Below are positions 11,979 to 20,895 of a stretch of 64,000 nucleotides of DNA, piece after piece; the first letter of the stretch is position 1, and every line of letters begins with the position of its first letter. The position numbers and the translations under genes were made by a program. The DNA is from an uncultured Verrucomicrobiae bacterium (lineage in GTDB: Bacteria > Verrucomicrobiota > Verrucomicrobiia > Limisphaerales > JAFGQR01). Under the pieces are notes generated by a model. That model made no database searches, had not been told where the DNA came from, and was given only the letters and a program-made list of their open reading frames with translations. The stretch lies in contig CAWBHS010000009.1 of assembly GCA_963788655.1 (NCBI GenBank), forward strand, positions 32,001 through 96,000, given 5' to 3'.

Positions 11979-12287
11979 CTTTCCTGGCACCGCCAAGCTA
12001 CCACCCACGCCCGGGCCAACATTGGTTGCGCGAAATGTCACGGTGCGTGCGACGAACACATTGCCGACGAATCCTGGGCGTCCGGCGGCAACGGCACCGC
12101 GCCGGAAATCAGGTATCCACCGTACAAGATCAACGCCCTCTGCCGGGATTGCCACAAATGGCCCAAGATGGTTAATAAGCCCGGCGACCCCTGCTCCAAA
12201 CTGTTGGGCAAACCCACTCGCAAGTGCTTCTGCACCGATTGCCACGGCCAACACCGCCTCGTGGAACGTAAGTGCAAGTGGAGGTAG
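11979..12287 (+). pseudogene. 5'-truncated multiheme c-type cytochrome (three CxxCH motifs), absent from the ORF track
   Basis: Manual translation: ...THARANIGCAKCHGACDEHIADESWASGGNGTAPEIRYPPYKINALCRDCHKW...FCTDCHGQHRLVERKCKWR*; in-frame TAG at 11976; no ATG/GTG/TTG before the first CxxCH and no signal peptide. Confidence 0.7.
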
Positions 12288-12637
12288 CGTGATCGGTTCG
12301 ACTTGTCCCTTCCATGCATCTCCTCAGCCTCATTGGTTGAGAAGGTGCGGGCACGGAGGGGGTTGCGGTTTTGCTTTCGAGTAACGAACAACCTTCCCGG
12401 GAGAGAGAACGCCGATTCAAAAAATGGCCGAACTGGACGAATTTGCCAAGCCTTGCCACCGCGGTGGCACGCGGTTCCCAAAAAAGTACGCAACTTTTAG
12501 CCGGCTCATCGTGTCTAACTATGAAATGCGTTGCGCGTCGAAGCTGAGCCTGTAGCCTGTGTTGCTCGGGCAGGCGATCGGACAACGGTGCCGCCGAAGT
12601 TTGAGAAATGTGAACAGGTTTTGAGTCTCGGTTAATC

Positions 12638-13384
12638 ATGTATTGGAAACAGCCAACGGAATTGTGTGGATTATCGACCGATCCCGAAATTAACGCGGCG
12701 ACCTGCCGGCATCGGTCGCGCGCTTTCACCCTTATCGAACTACTGGTCGTCATTGCCATCATCGCCATCCTGGCGGGAATGTTGTTGCCCGCTTTGGCCA
12801 AGGCCAAGGTGAAGGCGCAAAAGATTGCCTGTGTCAGCAACCTGCGGCAAGTGGCGATCGGCTTGCGGATGTGGTCCGACGATCATGAAGACAAGTTCCC
12901 CTGGTGGGTGCCGGTGGATGAAGGCGGCTCCCGTTCGCAGAGCGAGGCTTGGCAGCATTTTCTCATCATTTCCAACGAACTGGGCTCGCCGCAAGTGCTG
13001 CACTGTCCGGCGGACAAAGAAAAGAATTCGACTTTCAACTTTTCCAATGACCCGAACGATGGCTTTGCGGCGAAGGGCAATGCGGCGCTAAGCTACTGGT
13101 TTGCCTCGGAATCAAAGGAACAGTTGCCCAATCACCATCTGGTCGGCGACCGTAACATCCAGGGAAACCTGACTGGCCGCTGTGGCACAGGAGCAATCAC
13201 CGGCAATATCTACAACTTGTATCCGGAGGACAACGACGTGGGGTGGGACGAAACGATGCATCAGCGCGCCGGTAACATTGCCATTACGGATGGCAGCGTC
13301 CAGAATCTAAACTACGCCCAGCTCACCATCTTTCTCGAACTCACTGGAGACAACAACCTCAGTAACTGTATTCTGAAGCCCTGA
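12638..13384 (+). CDS. Prepilin-type N-terminal cleavage/methylation protein with H-X9-DG motif (DUF1559-like)
   Basis: [48 protein letters not shown]. Confidence 0.9.
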   Translation: MYWKQPTELCGLSTDPEINAATCRHRSRAFTLIELLVVIAIIAILAGMLLPALAKAKVKAQKIACVSNLRQVAIGLRMWSDDHEDKFPWWVPVDEGGSRSQSEAWQHFLIISNELGSPQVLHCPADKEKNSTFNFSNDPNDGFAAKGNAALSYWFASESKEQLPNHHLVGDRNIQGNLTGRCGTGAITGNIYNLYPEDNDVGWDETMHQRAGNIAITDGSVQNLNYAQLTIFLELTGDNNLSNCILKP

Positions 13385-13412
13385 CAGTTTGTCCTTGTCT
13401 AACAATCTCGTG

Positions 13413-13440
13413 GTAGGAGCGCCGACATTCTTGTCGGCGC
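13413..13440 (+). repeat. Single GTAG-type REP-like hairpin between convergent genes
   Basis: GTAG-GA-GCGCCGACA-TTCT-TGTCGGCGC. Confidence 0.55.
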
Positions 13441-13659
13441 GGTCGTTTATGCTGGTTTCGAGCTCGTTCACCGTTCCACCTGATTCGACTGGTTCAATCG
13501 CTGGCTGTTGCCAGCGCTGGCGTAGGGGACCGTGCGGTTGCTCGGACTTCGCATTAAGGTGGATGATTGGCGCGCACTGCGGCGCGCACGGATTCCTGGT
13601 GGTGGCGGATTGAATCAGGCCTTGCCGTCGGGAGAGATCTATCAGATTCGCTCGGTGGA

Positions 13660-15447
13660 TTACTCGTCCAAAAATTCCAGCACCCCAAAGCGGTTGGGTT
13701 CGTGAAACGAGCCGGAGAGGGTCGGGTTCCAGGCCAGGAACGCGCGATTGGCCCGGTCACAACGGAAGAGGTTCAATCGCCAGCGCGTGCCGCCTACTGG
13801 CGGAGTGTCACTCAAAGCCGTCAACGGGATGCGCACCTCGCAGGTCCACACTTTGGCGTCGGTGTCGATTTTGACGGCCGATTCAAACCGGCTGTTCCAG
13901 GCGAAATCTTTCTCGGGCAGATTCAGGATCATCAGGTCCAGCTTCTCATTGGAGGGGGCCACTTCGAACTCGGAGTAGTGCTTCGGATTTTCCGGATCCG
14001 CGCCGATGAACGCTTCCACGACGTCGCGGTCCCACAGACTGACGCCGGGCTTGTCCACCTCAAACCGCTTCCGTTCGAACTGCGGTGGCTCGAAAGTCGT
14101 GAGCGTGGTGTAGGGACATTCGTAAGCCAGATAAAGGTAGTTGCGCGTCCAGAGGACACGAACACTGGTGGCCATATTGGGCCGGGCCGTAGCTGTGGCG
14201 GTTTCGTATTCCAGATGGGCTGGGGGTGCGACTTGCCACTCGGTTTTAGTCAAGTCGCCGTCCAGTTGGAAATCATTGGCGAGGCGACGCGCGCGCACGA
14301 CGGGGGCCGGCAGCGAACGCGCCAGCAGTTTGCGCGCATTGTCAAAGTAGATTTTGCGCAGGACGGATTCGGGCAAGTTGATGCTGTTGATGGTCCAGTC
14401 GCCTTGAATAGGAGTCATGTGTCGCCAGTTGCAGTCGCGGGTTTCCAGCCAGCGCCAATGCTTGCGGTAGAATACCTCCGCGTCTGCGTCCGTCGGCGGC
14501 GGCTCATTGCCGCTGGAACCCAGGATCAAACGGTCATACACCATGAAATCCGTGCCCAACAAAATGCGGTCTTGATACTTGAGGAACAGGCGGCGCACCT
14601 GGTCGGGATCATGCCGGCCAAGCTCCGGAATGCGTGCGGCCAGGTCGGCCATCATGTTCGGATACCGGCTCAGCGAGGCTTCCACCCAATCGAGATCCTC
14701 GGCGCAATTCGCGAAGTGGACACACACAAAGGTCGTCCGCGGGTGACGCGCAATCACGCGGTTGAGCGCTGCGAGCAAGCCTTTCCACGTTGGGTATTTG
14801 TTCGTGTCGCCGAACCACCAACTTTGGTGGTCTTTGAGTTCCTTCCAACGTTCATTGCTTTCATTGTACGGCATCCAGAAAGCCTTGGGATCGGCGACGT
14901 GGATGGACACCGGCATGCCCAATTCGCCACAACGTTCCCAGACCGGGTCCAGCTTGGGATCATCCACGGCGATGAGTTTGCCGGCCCCGTCTCGCAGGTA
15001 GAGCCCGAGGCGTTTGAATTCTTTTAGGCCCGCCGAACCCAGCCGGTGCCCTTCCTCAATCTGTTTCACCGCGCGGGCCGACCAATCAGGATCATCCCAA
15101 CCCTGGTAATTCAGGATCATGTAATGAACGAGTCGGCCGGGAAACAGCGCATCGGCGAGATGTTTGTTACGTTCGAATTCCGAAGGCCCGCCGTCCTTGC
15201 TGGGCGCCACCGTGCCCGTGCCGAGATTGACGGCCACGCCGAGCCCGACGGCGTCCATGATCCGCACCGCCCGCGCCAGGTGCTGGGTGGTGAAATCAAT
15301 GTGTTGATGGAGGTCGATCAGGCGATGTTCGGCGCGCCATTGGTCCGGCTGCGCGCGTCCATCCGCCGCCATTGCTTGGGCGACTGCCATGCCGGCGCAG
15401 CCCAGATACGCCATTGCCAATCCTGTAATGAAACCCGATGTCTGCAT
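13660..15447 (-). CDS. Secreted amidohydrolase (Amidohydro_2) fused to a CBM9-like sugar-binding domain
   Basis: Signal peptide; metal motifs IDLHQH, IHVADP, VHFAN, LLGTD; C-terminal LDGDL..EW...LWDRDVVEAFI...Y.EFEVAP...WRLNLFR. Confidence 0.8.
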   Translation of the reverse strand: MQTSGFITGLAMAYLGCAGMAVAQAMAADGRAQPDQWRAEHRLIDLHQHIDFTTQHLARAVRIMDAVGLGVAVNLGTGTVAPSKDGGPSEFERNKHLADALFPGRLVHYMILNYQGWDDPDWSARAVKQIEEGHRLGSAGLKEFKRLGLYLRDGAGKLIAVDDPKLDPVWERCGELGMPVSIHVADPKAFWMPYNESNERWKELKDHQSWWFGDTNKYPTWKGLLAALNRVIARHPRTTFVCVHFANCAEDLDWVEASLSRYPNMMADLAARIPELGRHDPDQVRRLFLKYQDRILLGTDFMVYDRLILGSSGNEPPPTDADAEVFYRKHWRWLETRDCNWRHMTPIQGDWTINSINLPESVLRKIYFDNARKLLARSLPAPVVRARRLANDFQLDGDLTKTEWQVAPPAHLEYETATATARPNMATSVRVLWTRNYLYLAYECPYTTLTTFEPPQFERKRFEVDKPGVSLWDRDVVEAFIGADPENPKHYSEFEVAPSNEKLDLMILNLPEKDFAWNSRFESAVKIDTDAKVWTCEVRIPLTALSDTPPVGGTRWRLNLFRCDRANRAFLAWNPTLSGSFHEPNRFGVLEFLDE

Positions 15448-15581
15448 AATGGTATTGTGTGCTGGGTGGAGCGTAAACCTGGTTGCGGGTAGTAGGCCAG
15501 CCGCAATATTGTCCCGATCCATTCCGGGCTTCCGCGCCGTTTCCCGCTCGCTTTTTTTGCAACCTTTGGTACCAACATTGC

Positions 15582-16661
15582 GTGCGATCTGAACTGTTAA
15601 CGAACGCCCGCCGCATCGTCATCAAGCTGGGCACCGGCGTGCTGACCAACCAACACAAGCAACCCGATCTCCTGCAGATCGAACAGTTGGTTGGGCAAAT
15701 GGCCGGCTTGCGAACGAGCGGACGCGAGTTGGTCGTCGTCTCCTCCGGGGCGGTGGGCGCCGGCATGGGCGCGTTTGGGTATAAGAAACGCCCAACGGAG
15801 CTGGCCGAGCTTCAGGCCTGCGCGGCGGTGGGCCAATCCCGCCTCATGACGTTGTACGACCATTTGTTCGCCAAGTGGCATCTCGACGTGGCGCAAGTGC
15901 TCTTGACGCATGAGGATCTCAAACACCACGACCGCCATCTCAATGCCCGCAACACGCTGGTTACTCTGCTGGACTCGCCCAACGTGGTGCCGATTGTGAA
16001 CGAGAACGACGCCGTCTCGGTCACCGAACTCAAATTCGGCGACAACGATCGGTTGTCCGCGCTGGTGGCGTGCCTGTTGCCCGCCGATCTGCTGGTGATT
16101 CTGACCAGCGTCGATGGCCTGGTTGAAAACTACGGTCAAGCCAATGCCCACACCCTGCCGGTGGTACCGTCCATCGACGAACGCATTACCCAACTGGCGG
16201 GCGGCACCCGCAGCGTTACCGCGGTGGGCGGCATGACGACCAAAGTCGAGGCCGCCAAGATCGCCATGCGCGCCGGCATTCCTCTGGTCATTGCCTGCGG
16301 CCGCAAAAAGAAAGTGCTGGCCAATGTGATCGAGGGCGGCGAAGAAGGTACTCTGTTTTTGCCGCAGCCCAACAAGCTCAAGGGGCGCAAACGCTGGATT
16401 GCGTTTTTTCATCATCCTCGAGGGGCGCTGGTGGTGGACGACGGCGCCAAGCAAGCGTTGCGCGAGTCAGGCAAGAGCCTCTTGCCGCCGGGCATCACGC
16501 GTTGCGAGGGCCAGTTTACCCAAGGCGACGTGGTGCGAATTTGTGACGCGAACGGCACCGAGTTTGCCCGCGGCATCTGCCGGTTTGGCGCCGCGGAGAT
16601 CAACGAACGGCAGCTCAAACGAGTTGAAGTGGTCCATCGCGATGACTTGGTGGTGCTGTGA
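15582..16661 (+). CDS. proB: Glutamate 5-kinase (GTG start)
   Basis: RIVIKLGTGVL, VSSGAVGAG, AAVGQ, NENDAV, FGDNDRLSALVA, GGMTTK, C-terminal PUA domain (VVHRDDLVVL). Confidence 0.95.
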   Translation: MRSELLTNARRIVIKLGTGVLTNQHKQPDLLQIEQLVGQMAGLRTSGRELVVVSSGAVGAGMGAFGYKKRPTELAELQACAAVGQSRLMTLYDHLFAKWHLDVAQVLLTHEDLKHHDRHLNARNTLVTLLDSPNVVPIVNENDAVSVTELKFGDNDRLSALVACLLPADLLVILTSVDGLVENYGQANAHTLPVVPSIDERITQLAGGTRSVTAVGGMTTKVEAAKIAMRAGIPLVIACGRKKKVLANVIEGGEEGTLFLPQPNKLKGRKRWIAFFHHPRGALVVDDGAKQALRESGKSLLPPGITRCEGQFTQGDVVRICDANGTEFARGICRFGAAEINERQLKRVEVVHRDDLVVL

Positions 16662-16717
16662 ATTTCACCGGTGGACCGGTCTCATTTTGAATCCTTAATT
16701 GATGCGTTGATTGCCTT

Positions 16718-17433
16718 ATGAAAAAACGTCCCGCCATTCAGGATTTGCTCGACGTCATGTCCCGGTTGCGCTCGCCGACTGGCTGCCCTTGGGACCGCGA
16801 GCAGGACCACCGGACCTTGCGTTTCCATGCGGTCGAGGAGGTGTATGAACTGTTGGATGCCATCGAAGCCGGCGACGATCACGAGATGGCCGAGGAACTT
16901 GGCGATCTGCTGCTCCAGGTCGTCTTCCATTGCCAATTGGCCCGCGAACGCAGCGCCTTCGATTTCGAGGCGGTGGCCCGGCACATCACTGACAAATTGA
17001 TCCGTCGGCATCCCCACGTATTTGGCGACGCCAAAGCCCGGACGGTCGGCATGGTTTGGGCTCAGTGGGAGAAGATCAAGCGGGACGGAAAAGACAAGGA
17101 ACGCGGCACGAGCGCACTTCCGCCCTGGATGGCATTCCCCGCCATTTGCCGGCGCTGTTACGCGCGGAGAAACTGGTGAAGAAAGCTTGCAAAGCCGGAT
17201 TGTTGAACGGTGAAGCGGCTCGCAAGTCAGCCCCCGCCAAATCTGCGCTCGCCCGGGACCTCTTTCGCTTGGCGGAGCAAGCGCAAGCGCGGGGCTGGTC
17301 AGCGGAAGAGTTGTTGCGCACGGAAACCAAAAAACGGGAACGCGGTCTGCGCCAGCAGGAGCGAAAACAGGCGCGTCAGCGCAAGCAGTCGAATTCCGCC
17401 AGCAAGGCGGCAAACAAATCCACCGGAACATAG
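16718..17433 (+). CDS. mazG: MazG-family nucleoside triphosphate pyrophosphohydrolase; one frameshift near 17100
   Basis: LRSPTGCPWDREQ, EEVYE, EELGDLLLQVVFH, KLIRRHPHVF, WEKIK; continues RTSALDGIPRHLPAL in ORF 17056-17433. Confidence 0.85.
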
Positions 17434-19142
17434 TGGGCCCGATGCTGGAGGGCGGATTGCCGCACGGCGGTGTCGTCGCTCACCACGAAGATGCTTCGTT
17501 CGCGGGGCTGGTGGTCGGCGAACTTCAAGTGGCCGGCAATGACCTCGTCCGCCCGGTTCTTCCCCGCGCCCCCGGAAAACTCGACGCGGACGTTCGGGCT
17601 GACCGGCAACGACTCGGTGATCGGTCCGTCAAAACACACGTTCACCTGCACCTTCGGCCGGTTGCCGGCCAGTTTTTGCACCAGGCTGATCAGGTGCTGC
17701 CGGGCATTGCCACCCGGGCGGCCCGCTTCAAAATCGACTTCGAAAATCTCCGGTAACCGGAACAGCACATTGTAACCGTCCACCAGCACCAACGCGGGGC
17801 GGTTTTGGCGCAGCACGCTGCCCAGCGACCAATGGCGGGCGCGATCCGGCACTTCCGGCGGGGCGCTGCGGTCGGTCAGGATGCTCAAGCGGCGTTGCAG
17901 CGTTTGATAAAGCAGACGCTGATCGGCCGGACGCGTCAATTCGTGACGGGCCAGGGATTCCAGAAGGTCGCCCATTGTCCGCAGCGCTTCGGAATCCGGC
18001 GCGTGATTGATTTGCCGCAGCAATCGTTCGGTGAAGTCATCCGTCGTTTCCTGGCCGGGCAGCTTCTGCTCGATCGTGGCAATTTCCGACTCCAGGTCGG
18101 CTAAAACTGTTTTCAGTTCAGGCAGCGGCGACAGGGCCGTGCGCGCGGCCACAGACAGTTGCTGCCGAACGTCGCGGAGATGATTCAGGCGGCCTTCCAA
18201 TTCCAGGCGATTGCCGGTGTGACGGTCCTGGCGGGATTGCAATTCCAAAGCGCGTTCGGCTCGGGCCAGCAAGTCCGCCTGGGGGCCGGTTTGTTGGAGC
18301 TTGAAGGACTCCAATTCCATCGCATCCGCCAGCCATTTGCGAATCTCGGCGGAGGTCTGTGCGCGCACCCCGGTGGCAATCGCCGTTTCCCGTTCGGCGG
18401 CGGTTTGTTCCAGTTGGCTTGCCAGCGCGCGACTTTCCTCGCGCCACCGCTGGGTTTCCTGTTTGAGCTTGTTGACTTTGCGTTCGAGGGCCTGCCGGGT
18501 TTCGGACGCCGTCGCTTGGGCTTCCTGGAGCTTGAGGCGGTGTTGCCGTTTCTCTTCCCGCAACTCCGCCCTCAACTTGCGAAGGGCGTCGCTCGGTTGC
18601 GCTTGTTCAGCGACATCGGGTTCCCCGGAGGATGCCGTTACGGCCAGTGGTTTTTGGATGGCGGGCGTCCGTGACATTTCCTGCAAGCCACGCCAAGTCG
18701 TTTCGGCGAAGGTCGCCAGCGTTTGGCGGGCATGGTTTTTTTCAGGGTCGGTCGTTTCGCGTTTTTCTTGGCGCGCTTGCTGGATACCGGTTTGGTGAAC
18801 CTCTTCCCGTTCATCCACCAGCAACAACACCGCCAGGTGGGCGGGGCCAAGCAGCACTGCCAGCGGTTCAATGATTTCCTTGAGCGCAGCCGGGGTCAGC
18901 GCGGCCAGGGAGGCCCGAAGCGGAAGATGTTCCGCCAGAAATGTCACCAGCCAACGCGGCAATTCCGCGCTGCCTTGAATCATCGTCGCCAAACGCTGGC
19001 GAATCAGCTTGGCCTTGGTAAAGCCACCCGGCAGCAGGGGCCCAACCCACTCGACCAGCCGCCGATCGGGGCAATCCGCAAGCAAGGACTCCAGCTTGCG
19101 GCCCACTGGTTCCGGTAGTGAAAAATGACGAATGGCAGCCAT
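17376..19142 (-). CDS. Coiled-coil protein with C-terminal NYN (YacP/Rae1-like PIN) ribonuclease domain
   Basis: LVDGYNV, VCFDG, ADEVI, VVSDD acidic PIN-type motifs; long E/Q/R/L-rich helical middle. Confidence 0.8.
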   Translation of the reverse strand: MAAIRHFSLPEPVGRKLESLLADCPDRRLVEWVGPLLPGGFTKAKLIRQRLATMIQGSAELPRWLVTFLAEHLPLRASLAALTPAALKEIIEPLAVLLGPAHLAVLLLVDEREEVHQTGIQQARQEKRETTDPEKNHARQTLATFAETTWRGLQEMSRTPAIQKPLAVTASSGEPDVAEQAQPSDALRKLRAELREEKRQHRLKLQEAQATASETRQALERKVNKLKQETQRWREESRALASQLEQTAAERETAIATGVRAQTSAEIRKWLADAMELESFKLQQTGPQADLLARAERALELQSRQDRHTGNRLELEGRLNHLRDVRQQLSVAARTALSPLPELKTVLADLESEIATIEQKLPGQETTDDFTERLLRQINHAPDSEALRTMGDLLESLARHELTRPADQRLLYQTLQRRLSILTDRSAPPEVPDRARHWSLGSVLRQNRPALVLVDGYNVLFRLPEIFEVDFEAGRPGGNARQHLISLVQKLAGNRPKVQVNVCFDGPITESLPVSPNVRVEFSGGAGKNRADEVIAGHLKFADHQPRERSIFVVSDDTAVRQSALQHRAHYVPVDLFAALLAEFDCLR

Positions 19143-19235
19143 CGATTACTGTTCCACGAGCCGCAGGTTACTCCTGCCGCGGGGAGGGATGCAATGAGAG
19201 TTGAAGCGTTGAGGTGCTTATGCCGTGACTATTCC

Positions 19236-19367
19236 GTAGGACAGGCGTCCCGCCTGTCTCGAACGACTGCCAACCATCGATTTGCCCCGCGGCGTAGGAA
19301 GTTTCGCCAGGTCACCAAAAGGTGAGGAGCTCTTGGCTATTCGAGACAGGCGAGACGCCTGTCCTAC
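19236..19367. repeat. Inverted pair of GTAG-type REP elements (family C)
   Basis: GTAGGACAGGCGTCCCGCCTGTCTCGAA ... TTCGAGACAGGCGAGACGCCTGTCCTAC. Confidence 0.85.
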
Positions 19368-19620
19368 CGCGCCGAATCGCCTCTTCGCTGCTCCAGCTAC
19401 TGAATGGATACGGTTAAGCATTGAAGCGCAATTGGAGCCAGGCTTCGGTGACGAGGCTGGGGCGGATCAAGTCAGCGTTCTGCGGGTGCCGTGGAAAACT
19501 CTGCGGACTTTGCGCGCCGTCCGCGCATGCACGATTGAACGTCGCAAGACCGGGCCAACCACGTCGTGGATCGGTTGGTTTTGAATTGGAATGTTCGTGG
19601 CGAAGGGATATTGGAATGCT

Positions 19621-20502
19621 ATGAAAACGTGGATTTGTGAAGTGTTGATCTTCGTGCTGGCGACCGTCTTGTTGGTGGCGGGGGTGCCACCGGAGGGCCG
19701 GCCGCTAAATGATTTGCAGGAAGAAATCCTGGAGGTGACCCGGGAGATCAACCAAGCTCCGCGCAACCCCGAGCTGTATATCAAACGCGCTGAGTTGCAG
19801 CGCGCCGGTTGCCAGTGGGACGCGGCGTACGTCGATATCGGACGTGCCGAGGCGCTGACCAACCAGTGGCCCATGCTGGATTTGGCCCGGGCGCGAGTGT
19901 TCTTGGACGCGCAGTGGTTCGAGAGCGCCGAAATGGCAGCGGACCGGTTCCTGGCTCGCGTGCCCAAACATGTCGAAGCCCTGACTCTGCGGGCGCGAGT
20001 GCGCGTGAAACTGCGGAAGTTCCTGGCCGCCGCTGCCGACTATTCTCGGGCCATCGACAATTCGTCTGCTCCCGCTCCGCAATTGTATCTTGAGCGCGCG
20101 CAAGCGCTGGTCGCTGCCGGAGGCGATCATCTCGCTGCCGCCGTGCAAGGGTTGGATCAGGGCATCCGTCGGTTGGGGCCAATCCTCACCTTGCAGTCGG
20201 CTGCCATCGAATTGGAGCTGAAACAGCATCGGGTGGAGGCCGCGCTGGCACGGATCGACCGGGTGCTGGCGCAGGTGCCGCGCAAGGAAGCTTGGTTGCT
20301 TCGCCGGGGCGAGATTCTCCAGCAGGCGGGGCAAAACGCCGAAGCCGCTGATTCCTTTCGAGCGGCGCTGAAGGCGTTGGATACTCTGCCGCCCGGGCGT
20401 CGCGCCGTGCCGGCCACGCAGGAATTGGAGCAGCGAATTCGCGCGGCTTTGGCGGTTGCGGACAAAACGCAGGAGAGCCGGTCGGCTGCTCCGTCCCCGT
20501 AG
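19621..20502 (+). CDS. Exported tetratricopeptide repeat protein
   Basis: Hydrophobic N-terminal segment followed by TPR-like helices (PELYIKRAEL, ALTLRARV, AWLLRRGEIL). Confidence 0.8.
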   Translation: MKTWICEVLIFVLATVLLVAGVPPEGRPLNDLQEEILEVTREINQAPRNPELYIKRAELQRAGCQWDAAYVDIGRAEALTNQWPMLDLARARVFLDAQWFESAEMAADRFLARVPKHVEALTLRARVRVKLRKFLAAAADYSRAIDNSSAPAPQLYLERAQALVAAGGDHLAAAVQGLDQGIRRLGPILTLQSAAIELELKQHRVEAALARIDRVLAQVPRKEAWLLRRGEILQQAGQNAEAADSFRAALKALDTLPPGRRAVPATQELEQRIRAALAVADKTQESRSAAPSP

Positions 20503-20895
20503 CCCGGGTGTTTCGCGGCTGGCGGATGTGAACCCAAAAGTGCGCGCTTCCACGTCCGTCATGACCACAAAACCGTTATTCACCGGCCTGCTTTCGGACG
20601 GCAGGTTGCATTAACGGGTAGAAGGTGCGTAATCTGCCCGACCACCCTTCAGGTCAGGTGATGTTTCAAGCTGGTCTTAAGCGCTTAATAGCTAATGGGT
20701 TAACGGTCTGCTTGCGGTGAGTGCCACCGGCAAATGCCAATTCAACCGGTTGCCAATCGTTTCCTTTGAAAAAAACTCTGCGGATTTGTCTGCCGCTTTG
20801 CGCATGTATTAGGCGAAAGCAAAACAATGAACCCACGTTTGAGCCATAATTTTTTGGCAGACGCGCTACGTCGCCATTGCAGTGCTAGGATTCTT

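Noticed and set aside
12022..12384. 120-aa ORF in the track
   Set aside because: Low-complexity off-frame reading; the CxxCH-containing frame (11979-12287) is the meaningful one.
12440..12480. Possible sigma54 promoter (TGGCAC) upstream of the prepilin gene
   Set aside because: No GC dinucleotide at the correct -12 spacing on either strand.
13567..15027. 486-aa plus-strand ORF
   Set aside because: Antisense shadow of the amidohydrolase gene, typical of GC-rich DNA.
17085..17115. Programmed frameshift in mazG
   Set aside because: No clear slippery heptamer; similar indels occur throughout the window.
20606..20635. Possible sigma70 promoter TTGCAT-18-TAATCT upstream of the giant gene
   Set aside because: Only a partial consensus match; cannot be supported without transcript data.
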